Assembly (NCBI GenBank): GCA_943788985.1
Contig: CALSSJ010000044.1
Span: 1-64,000 of the forward strand
DNA from: an uncultured Lentisphaerales bacterium
GTDB taxonomy: Bacteria; Verrucomicrobiota; Lentisphaeria; JABSQK01; UBA12247
Direction of reading: 5' to 3'
Length of the DNA: 64,000 bases
The notes beneath the pieces are model-generated. The model saw only the letters and a list, made by a program, of their open reading frames with translations, made no database searches and had not been told where the DNA came from. The position numbers were made by a program, and so were the translations under genes. The first letter of the stretch is position 1, and each line of letters starts with the position of its first letter. This document shows, piece after piece, positions 1 to 12,216 of this stretch.

Positions 1-1091
1 GGTCCACACATTTCTGGCGCGATTTACGATTTTGGCCACTGGTGGCGCGGGGGAAAGCCTACCTCTATACCAGTAACCCGGATGTCGCCTGCGGAGAAGG
101 CGTGGCCATGGCCTATCGTGCCTATGCGGAAGTGGCCAACATGGAGTTCTACCAGTTCCATCCCACTTGCCTATTTCACCCGCATGCCGGATCTTTTCTG
201 ATCAGCGAAGCGCTGCGCGGCGAGGGGGCAATCCTCAAGGCCCAGCGTGGCGGGAAACTCGAGCCATTCCTGGAAGACCAGCACGAACTGGGCAGCTTGG
301 CGCCCCGCGACATCGTGGCAAGGGCGATCGACCGCGAACTCAAGCGCAGCGGCCGCCCCTGCGTCTACCTGGACATCAGCCATCATGACAAAGGGTATCT
401 CAGGCGTCGTTTTCCGACCATCTACGAAACCTGCCTACAGTTTGACATCGATATGGCCAAACAACCTGTACCGGTGGTTCCCGCGGCCCACTACTGCTGC
501 GGCGGCGTGCGCACAGACATCGACGGCACCACTTGTGTAGGCCAACTCTATGCGGCTGGAGAAGTGGCCCACACCGGCCTGCACGGAGCGAACCGGCTCG
601 CGAGCAACAGCTTGCTGGAGGCCATGGCCATTGCCCATAACGCGGTCGAGCATGCTGTCAGTCACTTTCATGACGTCGACGCCTCACACCTGAACGCGGG
701 AGGTGCGCGGAAGATTCCGGATTGGACCCGCGGCAACGCGATCGACCCCGACGAACTGATCGTTATCTACCATAACTGGGACGAGATTCGGCGCTTCATG
801 TGGGACTACGTCGGGATCTTTCGCACCACCAAGCGCCTGCAACGCGCCAAAGCCCGGATTCGAAATATCCGCAAAGAGATCGAGCACTTCTACTGGGATT
901 TTGTCATCGCCGCCGATTTGGTAGAACTGCGCAACATGGCCTCCGTGGCAGAGATGATCATTGACTGTGCGCTACAGCGCCACGCCAGCATTGGCCTGCA
1001 CTACAACGCAGACTTTCCGGTCGTGGATGCGTCGCAGACTTCGCCAGAGACCATCCTGCGCCGGCCTGGCTTCGAGAAAACGCTTCATTAG
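1..1091 (+). CDS. nadB: L-aspartate oxidase (5' end outside window)
   Basis: Motifs EFYQFHPT, LISEALRGEG, LAPRDIVARAI, PAAHYCCGG, TGLHGANRLASNSLLE. Confidence 0.93.
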   Translation, partial: STHFWRDLRFWPLVARGKAYLYTSNPDVACGEGVAMAYRAYAEVANMEFYQFHPTCLFHPHAGSFLISEALRGEGAILKAQRGGKLEPFLEDQHELGSLAPRDIVARAIDRELKRSGRPCVYLDISHHDKGYLRRRFPTIYETCLQFDIDMAKQPVPVVPAAHYCCGGVRTDIDGTTCVGQLYAAGEVAHTGLHGANRLASNSLLEAMAIAHNAVEHAVSHFHDVDASHLNAGGARKIPDWTRGNAIDPDELIVIYHNWDEIRRFMWDYVGIFRTTKRLQRAKARIRNIRKEIEHFYWDFVIAADLVELRNMASVAEMIIDCALQRHASIGLHYNADFPVVDASQTSPETILRRPGFEKTLH

Positions 1092-3554
1092 TGTCTTTTT
1101 GCGGCCTTGATCGCGGCGCGTATCTGCTGGTGAGGCGGGAGCCAACATCTGGCTGCGAGCGCTTTCAGGCTTGCTTCCGGAACCACGCCAGCCAGTCGGC
1201 TGCTGGGTAGCGTGCTAAATGCCTTCCCAGCGGCAATGCCATATTCCTCCAGCACGATCCCCAGTGAGACATTCCTGGACAGGAATACCTGCGGATGCAG
1301 CATGCACTGCGCTTCCGGTGGGGTGGTAACCGACTCGCCCGCGAGCGTCTGCAGGGCCGCAGCATCCGTTTGCAGCAGGTACGTTGCGGGCTTCTCTAGC
1401 CACACTACCTGACAGTGCCGCTCCAGAACCGCGGCCACAAGGTCTGTCCGATCATCCCCCGAAAGCTCGGGAAATCGGTCGTCTATCTGGTCGAAGCAAT
1501 CCTCTGGCACCTCGCAATCAAACAGGTCAACTGCCGTCACCACGCGCTTCCAAAATGCGAAGTCCGCAATCGAGAACCCGCCGGTCATGAACTGCGGCAG
1601 CAAAGGATCATCGGCCAAGATGTAATGCAGAACAGGATCGACCCGCTGCAGATCCTGCCCCTCGCAGAGTTGTCGCGCCGCCGTCAACGCCCCCGCGATA
1701 TCTCCCGCTCGTACCGCGACCAACCAAGCCTGCGCCAGCTGCTCGCCCACATAGTGGCTTGCGGCGGTATTAAGGACGGCCTTGCGATACTCCGCCATCA
1801 CGGCAGGAAGCTCCGCCGTTCGCCCGCCAATCGCGAGCGCGGTGTAGTAATCCAACAACGGTCGCGGCTGCCCGGGGTAGAGCCAACAATCCACTGCAAA
1901 ATACTTCGTCGCCTGCGCATGCTCACCCAGCGAGCCAAGTGTCCTGCCCAATAGGGCATTGACGTGGGCGAAGTGTGGCTCGTGCTCGACCACGTGCACG
2001 AAGTGCGGCAGCGCCCGGTGCGAATCTCGCAAGCGTTCCAGGCAGACGATCCCGGCATAAAGGTGCGGCTCCAGCGCACTGTCATCGATCTTGGCTGCAG
2101 CCTCGTAGCGATCTGCCAGCTCAGGGAAAAGTTTGGGGTTTTGCACACAGCGCATTTCAAAGATCTGCGCATCCCGCAGCAGCCAGCTAAGCCGCACGCT
2201 TTTGTAGAGCTGGCTGGTCCCGCCCCAATACACTGCCAACATGGCCACCGAGTACAACGCACGACGCACGTGTTCCGCCTGACGGCCGTCCACCCTGCCC
2301 TCACGGATCCAAGGCGCCCAGACCAATCCGAGGCAGATCCAGGCCAATATATCCGTCGGTGCGCGCACCAAGACCATGTCGAGGTGCCCGTGTGCATAGA
2401 GTACAAATGCGGAGATCGCAGCGATCCGCCGAATCCCGCCGCTGAGTAGCGCTGGAATGATCGAGCCAATCAGGATCAGCCAGGCCAATCCCGCCGGCCA
2501 GCCGATCTGGGCCATGATGTGCAGCCACTCGTTGTGCGGATGCTCGGTGATCGGCGCGCTGACAGAACGTTGGTGGTAGGTAGACCGGCTTCGGTACGGC
2601 GCAAAGGCTTGGCGGAAGCGCCCGGCACCGGCTCCAAGCCAGCCGTGGCGGTCCGTCAGTTTGAGTGGTTCACTCCATCGCGAGAGGATCGCGTCGTGCG
2701 CCCCAATCATACGAAAAGTCGCGGCATACATCGGGATCCGCACATCGTGCTGCACCTGTCGCACCGCCCAGTCGATGTCGCGAACCAGCATCCTATCGAG
2801 GACCTTCCAGCTCACGCCAGCGGTAAGCGCTAGGAACCCAACGACCAGCGCCAGAGCGCGCCCTGCCTTCCCCTCTCGGCGCATGGCTAGGATCTTTTTC
2901 CCGCCAAAGAGAAGGGCCAGCAGGACAAGGACACAGAGGCCAGCGAGATTAGCTGCCCGCGAGTGGCAATAGTAGATCAAAAAGCCAGTGAGCGGCAGTG
3001 CGGTGACAGCCCATAACCACACACCACGCGTCCCGAAGCGCTGTTGTGCGGCATAGCAAGGCCACGGCAGCAAAGCGACCAGCAGCGCGGCCTCCCAGTT
3101 GCGATTTCCGCAAAGCGCCACAGGCGGGCGCCCCTGCAGCTGGGCAATCAAGCAGTAGGTCACCTCCAAGGCCCATAAAAGCACCAGAAACCGGACTACC
3201 GTTTTCTCGCTTGCCACGTCATAGCCAGTGTAGACGATCGCTACCGCCAGCGGGATCGCGACTTGCGCCAGCACTAGCGTGTATCCCGTCCATGGCCCTC
3301 CCCACGTTGCGAAGTTCGCAACCGCGCAGAGCCCAAATACAGCGAGACACCAGCCCATCCAGCGGGGGCAGCGAAAAGGGGCAGCGAACGATCACCGTCA
3401 GCGCAATCAGCCCCAGAATAAGTGCCGTCGGAACTCGCACCCCATACGGTTGATCGGCAGCACCGGGCGGCAACAGCGCAAATGGATAAGAAATCAGCAG
3501 CGCCAAGGCACAGCTGCGCAGAAACACCCGGGCCAGTTTAGACGCGCCTAGCAT
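1088..3554 (-). CDS. O-antigen ligase (Wzy_C)-family membrane protein with C-terminal TPR-like region; one frameshift near 3360
   Basis: Multi-TM N-terminus, GNRN, SRAA, G-x-G-x-F and HPHNEWL motifs; ORFs 3219-3554 and 1088-3358 join with a net +1 base. Confidence 0.75.
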
Positions 3555-3556
3555 CT

Positions 3557-4613
3557 CTACTGCATGACGCCGCAGCCAAGGCAGACGTCGTCCTGATAGA
3601 GAATCGCATACTGCCCCGCAGCGATCGCGCGCTCTCCGATCTCAAGGTGAACCCGCAGACAGCCTGGGTCCGGGCTTTTGCGAACTTCGCAAACCTGGCG
3701 TTCGGGACCGTGCCTGAGTTTGCAGGTCAGGCCGCTTCCCGGATCCGGCGGGTCATTAATCCAGTGCATGTCTGCGATGTCAAATTCATACCGTAGCTCA
3801 GGCTTCTCAGCTCTCTGCTTGGTCACGAATAGCGTATTTGCATCCATATCCTTGCGCGCCACGTACCAAGGCCCGCCACTCAACCCGAGTCCCTGGCGTT
3901 GGCCGATGGTGTGGAACCACAGCCCACGATGCCGCCCAAGAATGGCACCATCTGCCTGGTGTACAATCCGGCCCCGGCTTCTCGCCCAGGTAGGAGCGCA
4001 CGAAGTCACGGTAGCTGATCTTGCCAAGGAAACAGATTCCCTGACTGTCCTTGCGGTTCTTCGGCGGCAGGTTTGCGGACTCGGCAATCGCCCGGACTTG
4101 TGACTTTTGCAGGTCTCCGATCGGGAAGCAGGCCCGAGCAAGTTGGTCCTGGCGCAGCTTGGCCAGAAAGTAGGTTTGATCCTTGACGGGATCTGGCGCA
4201 CAGCACAGCTGACTGCGACCGTTATGGCGGTCAATCCGCGCATAGTGCCCGGTAGCTACCTGGCCAAAGCTGTCATCAATGGTGTCGTAGAAAGCCCCGA
4301 ACTTGACCAAGGCATTGCAGTGAATGTCCGGGCTTGGCGTGCGCCCCGCCTTGAGCTCAGCGATGGCGGCAGTGACGACTCGGTCGAAGTACTCGCGCTG
4401 CAGCGGAACCACCTCAAACGGAATATTCAGCTGGACGCAAATCTCACGCACGTAGCCTAAATCGGCATTCCAAGGACAGTCGCCGAGAAAGGCCAGATCA
4501 TCTTCCAACCAGATCTTTAGGTAGAACGCAGTAACGTCGTGGCCAGCGTCACAGAGCCGTTTGAGCGCAACTGCGCTATCTACGCCACCTGATAGCAGCA
4601 TTGCTGTCTTCAT
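3557..4613 (-). CDS. mnmA: tRNA 2-thiouridine(34) synthase MnmA; frameshift near 3965
   Basis: LSGGVDS, GRTPSPDIHCN, ATGHYA, KDQTYFL, DSQGICF, HTIGQRQGLG and GQYAILY motifs split across two frames. Confidence 0.93.
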
Positions 4614-4643
4614 ACTTTGGGCCAGCACAGATCCCCGATAGGA

Positions 4644-5981
4644 TCAGCTGTCAATGCAATTCTGGAGGTTCTGGCGGGCTTCCTCAAGCATGCGCGAGAG
4701 GGTGTAGAACTCACGATAGAGCACGACCTTAATGTCAGGAGCGATATCCTTGTCTGCTGCGATGTCATCGTTCATCGATCGCACCTGCTCGCCAACACCA
4801 GTAATCTGGTCGCGAATCGGCAGCAGCTGGGAGCGCACGCCACCGATCGCCTTCTGCTCGATCTGCTCATGCTTCCAAATGGCAAGGTTCAAGGCATGCT
4901 GGACAATATGCAGTACCGCACCGGCGCTCCGGTCCATCCGGCCGCGAATATGCAGCGAATCGGCATAAATCAGGGCTCGAATCTCGCGCCTTCCAGTGTG
5001 CGCGCTGTAGCTGGTCACGGGCAGGACCAAGACGCCTTGATAGCCGATTCTCTGCGTATCGACCATCTCCTCGCTAAACGGATTGTCGATCATTACAGTG
5101 ATCATCTTGCCGTAGGCGTTCTCGAGCATCTCCTGATTAATCGGATAGCTGTACGCCTCATCGTCGCGGGCCATGCCCTTGCGACCGGAGACGCGGGCAG
5201 ACATCTCTTGAATCTCAACCTCGCCATGCTCATCTGGGACCACGAGGTAGGCGATCCCACGGGAAAAATGGGTAATCTGCAGCACCGTATCGAGCGCGTG
5301 GGCCATCACCGTCGCCGGGTGTGTAGCGATGTTTGCCTGGCTCAGCAGCTCAATGATGGAGAGCATCAAGCAGTCTATCTTGTCCTCATGGTGCCGCAGT
5401 TCGCGGGCGATCGAGCTTGTGGCTTCTCGGGCTTCTGCCTCTTCCGGCGAGTCCTCGCCCCCCCAACCGGTGGGCTCTTCGTCGTTCGCCGGCTCCTCGA
5501 CCGTATCAGACACTCCGCACTCCGGCACGGCGTTGACGGGTTTGGGCATCGCCTTCGTCGCGTCAAACTTGAACCGATACTCGAACTCCTCCACACCGAA
5601 CTTCAGGTGGTCTCCCGTTGCCAGCGGCGCGCCAGCCTTCCCTACCGGCCGGCCGTTCACCAAGCAGTGCTGGTCACGGTTCGCGTTGATCACCAGAAAG
5701 CCGATGCTCTTGAAGATGAAACTGGCCTGGCGCTTGGCGATGAGGTTGCTGTCTATCACGATGTCGTTGTGCAACCGGTCTCTGCCCAGCCTATTCTTCC
5801 GGGGGAATAATTCCCAAATGTTGCCCTCCGGCACAACACCAGCACCCAGACTTACCAACTTCCCAACCACGAGAGGGTTGTTGCAGCGTGGGCACACGCC
5901 TACGTGCTCCAGGTCTGGAGTGTGGCAATACGGACAGCGAATTGAGTTGTTTTTTTTTGGCACGTCGAACGCAGTTTTCAT
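4644..5981 (-). CDS. Zinc-ribbon + FHA domain protein with GAF-like and coiled-coil C-terminus
   Basis: CPYC..CPRC; LGRD..NDIVI..; LVNG..L..GD.LKFG FHA pattern; acidic linker; GAF-like LIYADS. Confidence 0.7.
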   Translation of the reverse strand: MKTAFDVPKKNNSIRCPYCHTPDLEHVGVCPRCNNPLVVGKLVSLGAGVVPEGNIWELFPRKNRLGRDRLHNDIVIDSNLIAKRQASFIFKSIGFLVINANRDQHCLVNGRPVGKAGAPLATGDHLKFGVEEFEYRFKFDATKAMPKPVNAVPECGVSDTVEEPANDEEPTGWGGEDSPEEAEAREATSSIARELRHHEDKIDCLMLSIIELLSQANIATHPATVMAHALDTVLQITHFSRGIAYLVVPDEHGEVEIQEMSARVSGRKGMARDDEAYSYPINQEMLENAYGKMITVMIDNPFSEEMVDTQRIGYQGVLVLPVTSYSAHTGRREIRALIYADSLHIRGRMDRSAGAVLHIVQHALNLAIWKHEQIEQKAIGGVRSQLLPIRDQITGVGEQVRSMNDDIAADKDIAPDIKVVLYREFYTLSRMLEEARQNLQNCIDS

Positions 5982-6177
5982 CTTTCAGCCCCCCGGCTAC
6001 CATAGCCAAGCCTTTCGCTTCGACAAGTGCGTCTGAGCAACGCTGGTAGGCATAACTAGTCAGCTCAAGATCCACGGCCTCCGAGAGCTGGTTTACAAGT
6101 CACTGCCCATCAGTTGATTCCGTGCAGACGGGCATTACTGTCCTTCGTTATATAACAGTCGATTCAAGGTAATCATC

Positions 6178-6444
6178 GTGCGATTTCTCATATTCAGTCT
6201 CCTCAGCATCATTGCCGCTTTGCAGCTTTCCGCGATGCCGGACGACACGGCAGGGCCGAAACCGGTCGCCGCAGGCGAGCCCCACCACCTTCTTCTGGCA
6301 CCAAGTGTGTCGCTGACCAACAGCGCGGGGAAGATCACCCTCTTCTACGGTAACCCGAACCATAAAGTTCGCCTGAAAGCGGATAAACTGCTCAAAGCCG
6401 CGACAACGCACGCTCCAGAGCAAGCTACGAAAAAGGACCAGTAA
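6178..6444 (+). CDS. Small secreted hypothetical protein
   Basis: Signal-peptide-like N-terminus; ends 4 nt before the ABC ATPase. Confidence 0.5.
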   Translation: MRFLIFSLLSIIAALQLSAMPDDTAGPKPVAAGEPHHLLLAPSVSLTNSAGKITLFYGNPNHKVRLKADKLLKAATTHAPEQATKKDQ

Positions 6445-6448
6445 GACC

Positions 6449-7552
<1,104 letters not shown>

Positions 7553-7560
7553 GCCACTCA

Positions 7561-7629
7561 CTGAGAGCGCCGGATGTATCCGGCGACTGCACAGGGGCTC
7601 TGAATGCCGGATAAATCCGGCGCTCCCAG
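7561..7629. repeat. REP/REPIN-like inverted pair of palindromes
   Basis: CTGAGAGCGCCGGATGTATCCGGC and its inverted partner GCCGGATAAATCCGGCGCTCCCAG, between a convergent gene and tRNA. Confidence 0.7.
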
Positions 7630-7661
7630 TCTTGCCTCGCCTCCCACTCTACGCTAAGGAA

Positions 7662-7749
7662 TGGCGGAGGGAGTGGGATTCGAACCCACGGTGCCCGAGA
7701 GCACGCTGGTTTTCAAGACCAGAGCCTTCAACCGCTCAGCCATCCCTCC
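7662..7749 (-). tRNA. tRNA-Ser (TGA)
   Basis: Reverse complement GGAGGGATGGCTGAGCGG...CTGGT-CTTGAAA-ACCAG...long variable arm...GTTCGAATCC...CCA. Confidence 0.95.
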
Positions 7750-7813
7750 GCGATCGCGGTAAGAGTTGCGGTTTGCGCGAATTTCGCGAGCGGTGTTGCA
7801 GGATTGGTGCCGC

Positions 7814-8501
7814 TCAGTGAATCTGGTCGAACGACGCAGCCTCGGTCAGATCCACCTGATCCAGCAGCGTGGCACGCCACGCACGTAGCGGGCGATCGTC
7901 GGGAGTTACCTCGATCATCTGCGAGAAGGTAGCCAGCGCATCATACCAGATGCCGAAGCCTGCCAGCAATTGCAGGGTCTTGCACCGGTTCTTCTGCACC
8001 AGGCGCGTGCTCAGTCGGGCGTCTAGATTGGTGCGCAAATTGAAGCCCGTTGCCAGCACATCACGAGAGCGGTTCTTCGGCTCCACCACCAGCGCCACTC
8101 CCCCCCTTCTCGAGATACACATCGTGCTTTAGCAGGTCAATCTTAACCATGCCAGCCTCGGCGGCCTGCGGCTTGTTAAGGCTGAGCACTGGCGCTGGCT
8201 GATCATCGGTCCCCATCAGTAGCTCAGACTGAAGATTGCTAGGCTTGGACTGATACCGGTACAAGGCTGCCTGCTGCTGCAGTGTCAGCCCGACATGATC
8301 CGGCGCGAGCACGTAGATCGCGGGCACATCTACTGACACCGCACGGTGTGCTCCAGTCAAGCGGACGCCGGACTGCGTGCCTTCGGGCGGCCGGTAAAGC
8401 GGCCGAAAAGATGCCATCTCCGCGCTTTTCTACGCGGCCTTCGGGTTATCCGCCAGACCGACGCTGGCGATCATTGCACGTCTAAGGAGCCATCTCATCA
8501 T
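7814..8501 (-). CDS. Hypothetical protein, interrupted (in-frame TAG at 8430-8432 and a frameshift near 8100)
   Basis: GGAGGTGA SD before ATG at 8501, in frame with ORF 8061-8417; continues into ORF 7814-8122. Confidence 0.5.
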
Positions 8502-8656
8502 TCACCTCCGTGTTCCTACCGTTTTCATGCACCCGACGGCCGATCGCAGGAATCCTCAGCGGAAGATAACTTCGCTAATCAGCGGTTCTTGACAGCCACA
8601 TGCAGAAATTTCTCGAGTTTGTCTGAGAAAGAATGATAATCCGAGGCCGCCGCGCA

Positions 8657-8685
8657 TTGACAAAACGCTGGTGCTTGGCAACCTT
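8657..8685 (+). promoter_or_regulatory. sigma70-type promoter of tRNA-Ile2
   Basis: Perfect TTGACA at 8657-8662, weak TG-extended -10 about 16 nt downstream, just ahead of the tRNA. Confidence 0.5.
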
Positions 8686-8698
8686 ACCAGCTTGGAGT

Positions 8699-8774
8699 GG
8701 GGCCATAGCTCAGTGGTTAGAGCAGGCGACTCATAATCGCTTGGTCGCAGGTTCAAATCCTGCTGGCCCTACCA
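8699..8774 (+). tRNA. tRNA-Ile2 (CAT, lysidine type)
   Basis: GGGGCCATAGCTCAGTGGTTAGAGCAGGCGACTCATAATCGC...GTTCAAATCC...ACCA; D and anticodon arms match the E. coli ileX type rather than Met. Confidence 0.88.
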
Positions 8775-8847
8775 TTCCGTTTTCGCTCGCCATTGCGCAG
8801 CATTCTTGCCAAGTCGGTTATTTGTAGCAGCCCAGTAGTTCCTACAA

Positions 8848-10048
8848 CTATTCTCGCGCGGCTTCTACCTCGTCCAGAAACCCGCTCACAGCCTGTTCAA
8901 ACTCGCTCTCGAGCGCCTCCGGCGGATAGCTGTGATAGAAATTCGCTAGGCGCAGATGCGAATCCCAGCCTTCGCACGTCTTAAGCCAGTCTCGTACCGC
9001 TAGGGCACGCTCGTAGGCAGCAGCGAAAGCATCCTCGGCTGCCTGCGCATGCCGCTGAAAACGACGGCTGCGTCCATCAAGTAGCGTCTGCATCGCGGCC
9101 AGGTCCTGATTGATCGGCTCACGCAACAGCCAAGGGCTGCGAGCTGAGCAGCGCGACCAGTTCACTACGCTGGCTATGTATGTCGGCATTGCTAATCTTG
9201 AGCCTCTTCATCGTCTGCATAGCCTGCAACAGGCTCAGATCTTTGAGGTCTACGGCCGAGTCCTGCTGCGACCCGACGGCAGGAAGCGCGAGCGCAGCCT
9301 TGCGCATTTCTGCGACCCACGCGTAGTCACGTGGCCGGAAAATGTCGTACAGCACGTCATCAAGCTTGAGGTTCAACCAGCTCTGGATGGAATCTCGAGG
9401 CATATCTAAAGATCGCGCGGCGATCGCCACCGGCCCGTCCAACATCCCCACATTCGCCAGCAGCTTCTCAAGCACCTGGCGGTCGTGATCCAGAGCTGCT
9501 AGCCAGAAAACCTGCGCGATCTGTGCGTACGCCTGATACAGGATCGGATCAGCTACCGGCGCCCGCTGTTCGATCAGTACATCTACCACGGGGCGCGTCT
9601 TCAAGGCCCGCACAATCGCTAGCTGTCGATTCGGTGCGATGTCGCGGTCCAGTAGCACCTCCCGTGTCAACGCAGCCACCAGCCAATCCGGGAGTTGCTC
9701 CGCTGTGGGGACCGGCTCGATCTCCCGCGGCACATAGCGATGCAGCGCCGCCCGCATCAACAGCGGGACAACCTGCCACCGCGAGCGATCCGGCGGAATA
9801 AACACTACGCTCCCTTTTCCCCGGAAGGTCTTGCCCTCGGCCAGAATAGAGACAAACTCTGGCGCGTGTTTCGCGCTCCGAGGCAAATAGCGCTTGATCT
9901 GTGACTCACAGCGATTGAACAAGCCCAAGATTCGCGCGTCATTATCGCCGAAACCGGCTACACGACACTTAAATACGCGCGATTCGAGCGCGTGAGCAGT
10001 GATCGTCGCCAGGGTCAGGAACAGGATTGCTCGTGCGCAAGCAGCCAT
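8848..10048 (-). CDS. Hypothetical secreted protein; frameshift near 9130
   Basis: Signal peptide; ORFs 9119-10048 and 8848-9189 join with a net +1 base. Confidence 0.6.
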
Positions 10049-10470
10049 CTTTTACTCTCCAGTCCACCGGTATAACCACCCAATCCTTGCGTAGCCACCA
10101 CACGATGACAAGGCACGATGATAGGCCATGGGTTGCTCGCCATCACGTTGCCGACTGCTCGCGCCCCGCGTGGGGATCCAGCATGCGCGGCGACCTCGCG
10201 GTACTCGAGAGTTTGCCCCGGTGGAATCGCACACACGACGCGCGAGACACGCTGTTGAAAATCCGTGCGCTTGCGGAGTTCGCAACTCGCCAACGAGATT
10301 GCGGCTCCGGTCTCAAAGTAGCGCGATAGTTGCGAGCAAACCTGGCGCACGCTCTCTGGTGCGTCTGGATCCCACGTATCGGGCCGGCCAAATCCGAGTC
10401 CCGTGACGCACCCGCTGGCGTCATATGACAAGGCTAGCGGGCCGACTGGTGATTCGCAGCAATAGATCAT
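10015..10470 (-). CDS. ogt: Methylated-DNA--protein-cysteine S-methyltransferase
   Basis: TDFQQRV, ARAVG, active-site PCHRVV, GGYTGG. Confidence 0.92.
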   Translation of the reverse strand: MIYCCESPVGPLALSYDASGCVTGLGFGRPDTWDPDAPESVRQVCSQLSRYFETGAAISLASCELRKRTDFQQRVSRVVCAIPPGQTLEYREVAAHAGSPRGARAVGNVMASNPWPIIVPCHRVVATQGLGGYTGGLESKRWLLAHEQSCS

Positions 10471-11300
10471 GGGATAAAGAGAACCGGAGTAAACGTGAGC
10501 AGTGCGAGTTGGTCCGCAGGCAGTCCCTGCCCATCGAATCTGTGCTCAATATACCATCGTTGCTGGCGGCCGTGCCAGCGATATTGCTCACTGGCATGCT
10601 CAAACGCCATGCGCACACTCCCCGCATCCAGAGACATCCCTTGCGAACTCCGCAAATGCGGGAAAAATGCCGGCCCGAATGAGCCGTGTCGGTCAACCCA
10701 GCCCAGTTCATTGTCCAGTGCGGTCCCAATCACAGGATTGGTGAGCCGCGGCATTCGCTTGATAAACGCTCCTGCGTGGCAGGCATCTATGACCACCACC
10801 GTCTGCGCCTGAACCCGCTGCAGCCAGTTGCTCACCGTCGAGGCTCCCAATGTCTCGCCAAGGTCTCCGCGCAAGATCCCGGACCGTTCGCCGTGTGAGC
10901 TCAGATGAACGAGCAGTTGATCCTTGGGCCTAAGAATCCTGCAATACTCTGTGAAAGCTGATTCGAGGTTGGCGTTGGTCGCAGGAGCGATCAGCGGCAG
11001 ATGCTGGCAATGCCCTGCAGGCAGAATCGGCACCTCACACCGCGACTGGCCGTCGTAGTACAGCAGGCGCAGATTCTGGGCCGGCACTCCCGCGCGCTGC
11101 ATGCTCTGTGCCACGCGCACCGTCTGAATCCACCCGGCATAGTGCCCGCTTGGGTCATGGTTATCTTCGGGGAGCCACTCCGTCGCCGTAAAGATTAGGC
11201 CGTATTTTTGTGCAGGCGAGGCCAAATCATGGACCGAATCCTTGGTCATGCAGCTGCTCAGTAGCGACGCCACCACCACAGAAATTCCGACTATCCGCAT
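10467..11300 (-). CDS. Caspase-like/C13 (clan CD) cysteine peptidase, probable lipoprotein
   Basis: Lipobox LLSSC; His-Gly (LSSHGE) and DAC (VIDACHAG) dyad. Confidence 0.7.
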   Translation of the reverse strand: MRIVGISVVVASLLSSCMTKDSVHDLASPAQKYGLIFTATEWLPEDNHDPSGHYAGWIQTVRVAQSMQRAGVPAQNLRLLYYDGQSRCEVPILPAGHCQHLPLIAPATNANLESAFTEYCRILRPKDQLLVHLSSHGERSGILRGDLGETLGASTVSNWLQRVQAQTVVVIDACHAGAFIKRMPRLTNPVIGTALDNELGWVDRHGSFGPAFFPHLRSSQGMSLDAGSVRMAFEHASEQYRWHGRQQRWYIEHRFDGQGLPADQLALLTFTPVLFIP

Positions 11301-11403
11301 ACGTTGTCTCCACAGAATTTTGGACGATTGCATTGGTATTACAGCTACCTGTCGCGCACTATACGCTACGCGAGTAACCCCGCACCACAAGTAGACGATT
11401 ACG

Positions 11404-11739
11404 ATGGACGAAGACGAGCACAACGTCGACATTGATAAGCTTTCGCGATTACAGGAGCTCGAGATCCGGATTTCTGAGCTCGATATTGTTCATCAAGGCA
11501 GTGCAGACGCAGATGCCGTGCACACCCAGCGCGAGGCGTTGCGAGCGCAGATAGACCCCTTGGTTCTATCTCGGTTCGACCGCTTGCGCGCGGCCGGCTT
11601 GGCCGTGGCCCATGTGCGCGGTGGCATGTGCCTGAGCTGCAATCTATCGATTCCACAGGGAGACCTGAATAGGATTAACTCAGGAAAAGTCGAGCCATCC
11701 TGCCCGAATTGCGGTAGTTTTGTGCATGTAGACGTATAG
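11404..11739 (+). CDS. C4-type zinc-ribbon protein (DUF164-like)
   Basis: Coiled-coil N-terminus, CLSC...CPNCG. Confidence 0.8.
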   Translation: MDEDEHNVDIDKLSRLQELEIRISELDIVHQGSADADAVHTQREALRAQIDPLVLSRFDRLRAAGLAVAHVRGGMCLSCNLSIPQGDLNRINSGKVEPSCPNCGSFVHVDV

Positions 11740-11757
11740 AGAATTAAGAGGCGCTCG

Positions 11758-12216
11758 ATGTTGTTAAAGAACTTTATGAAGGCCGATCGCGTGATCTTGG
11801 GACTAGAGGGAGGTTCGCAGGAACAAATCCTGCGAACTCTCATCGCGCCCATGGTCCAAATTGGAACCGTCACTGACCCAGATCAAATGGTGGCGGACCT
11901 TCTCCGCCGCGAATCCGAGGTGACCACGGTCATCGATAACGGAATCGCCTTTCCCCATGCTCGGTCTAACGCCGTGCGCGCACTATCCCTAACTGTTGGG
12001 ATTGCAGTAGAAGGCGGGGTTTCCTTTGCCAGCGCTGCTAACTTGAAGACTCCGCTATTCTTTTGTCTGGCGATTCCCGCATTTGCCCCGACTGCGCACA
12101 TGCGCTTGCTGCAGTCTCTGGCTCTGTTCTCACGCGAAATGAATCGGGTAGAGCGTTTATTGCAGTCTGCAACCCCAGCGGCCGCTGCTCGCTATTTAGG
12201 TAACTTCAAAGGCTAA
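11758..12216 (+). CDS. PTS EIIA type-2 (PtsN/fructose-type) protein
   Basis: RRESEVTT..NGIAFPHAR. Confidence 0.88.
   Translation: MLLKNFMKADRVILGLEGGSQEQILRTLIAPMVQIGTVTDPDQMVADLLRRESEVTTVIDNGIAFPHARSNAVRALSLTVGIAVEGGVSFASAANLKTPLFFCLAIPAFAPTAHMRLLQSLALFSREMNRVERLLQSATPAAAARYLGNFKG

Noticed and set aside
3557..4613. Programmed frameshifting in mnmA, priA, fghA and others
   Set aside because: No slippery-site or stimulator pattern; a uniform +1 error across many genes is simpler
4617..5810. Long antisense ORFs (also 30438-31559, 55899-56903, 58377-59453)
   Set aside because: Shadow ORFs opposite real genes in GC-rich DNA, with no recognisable motifs
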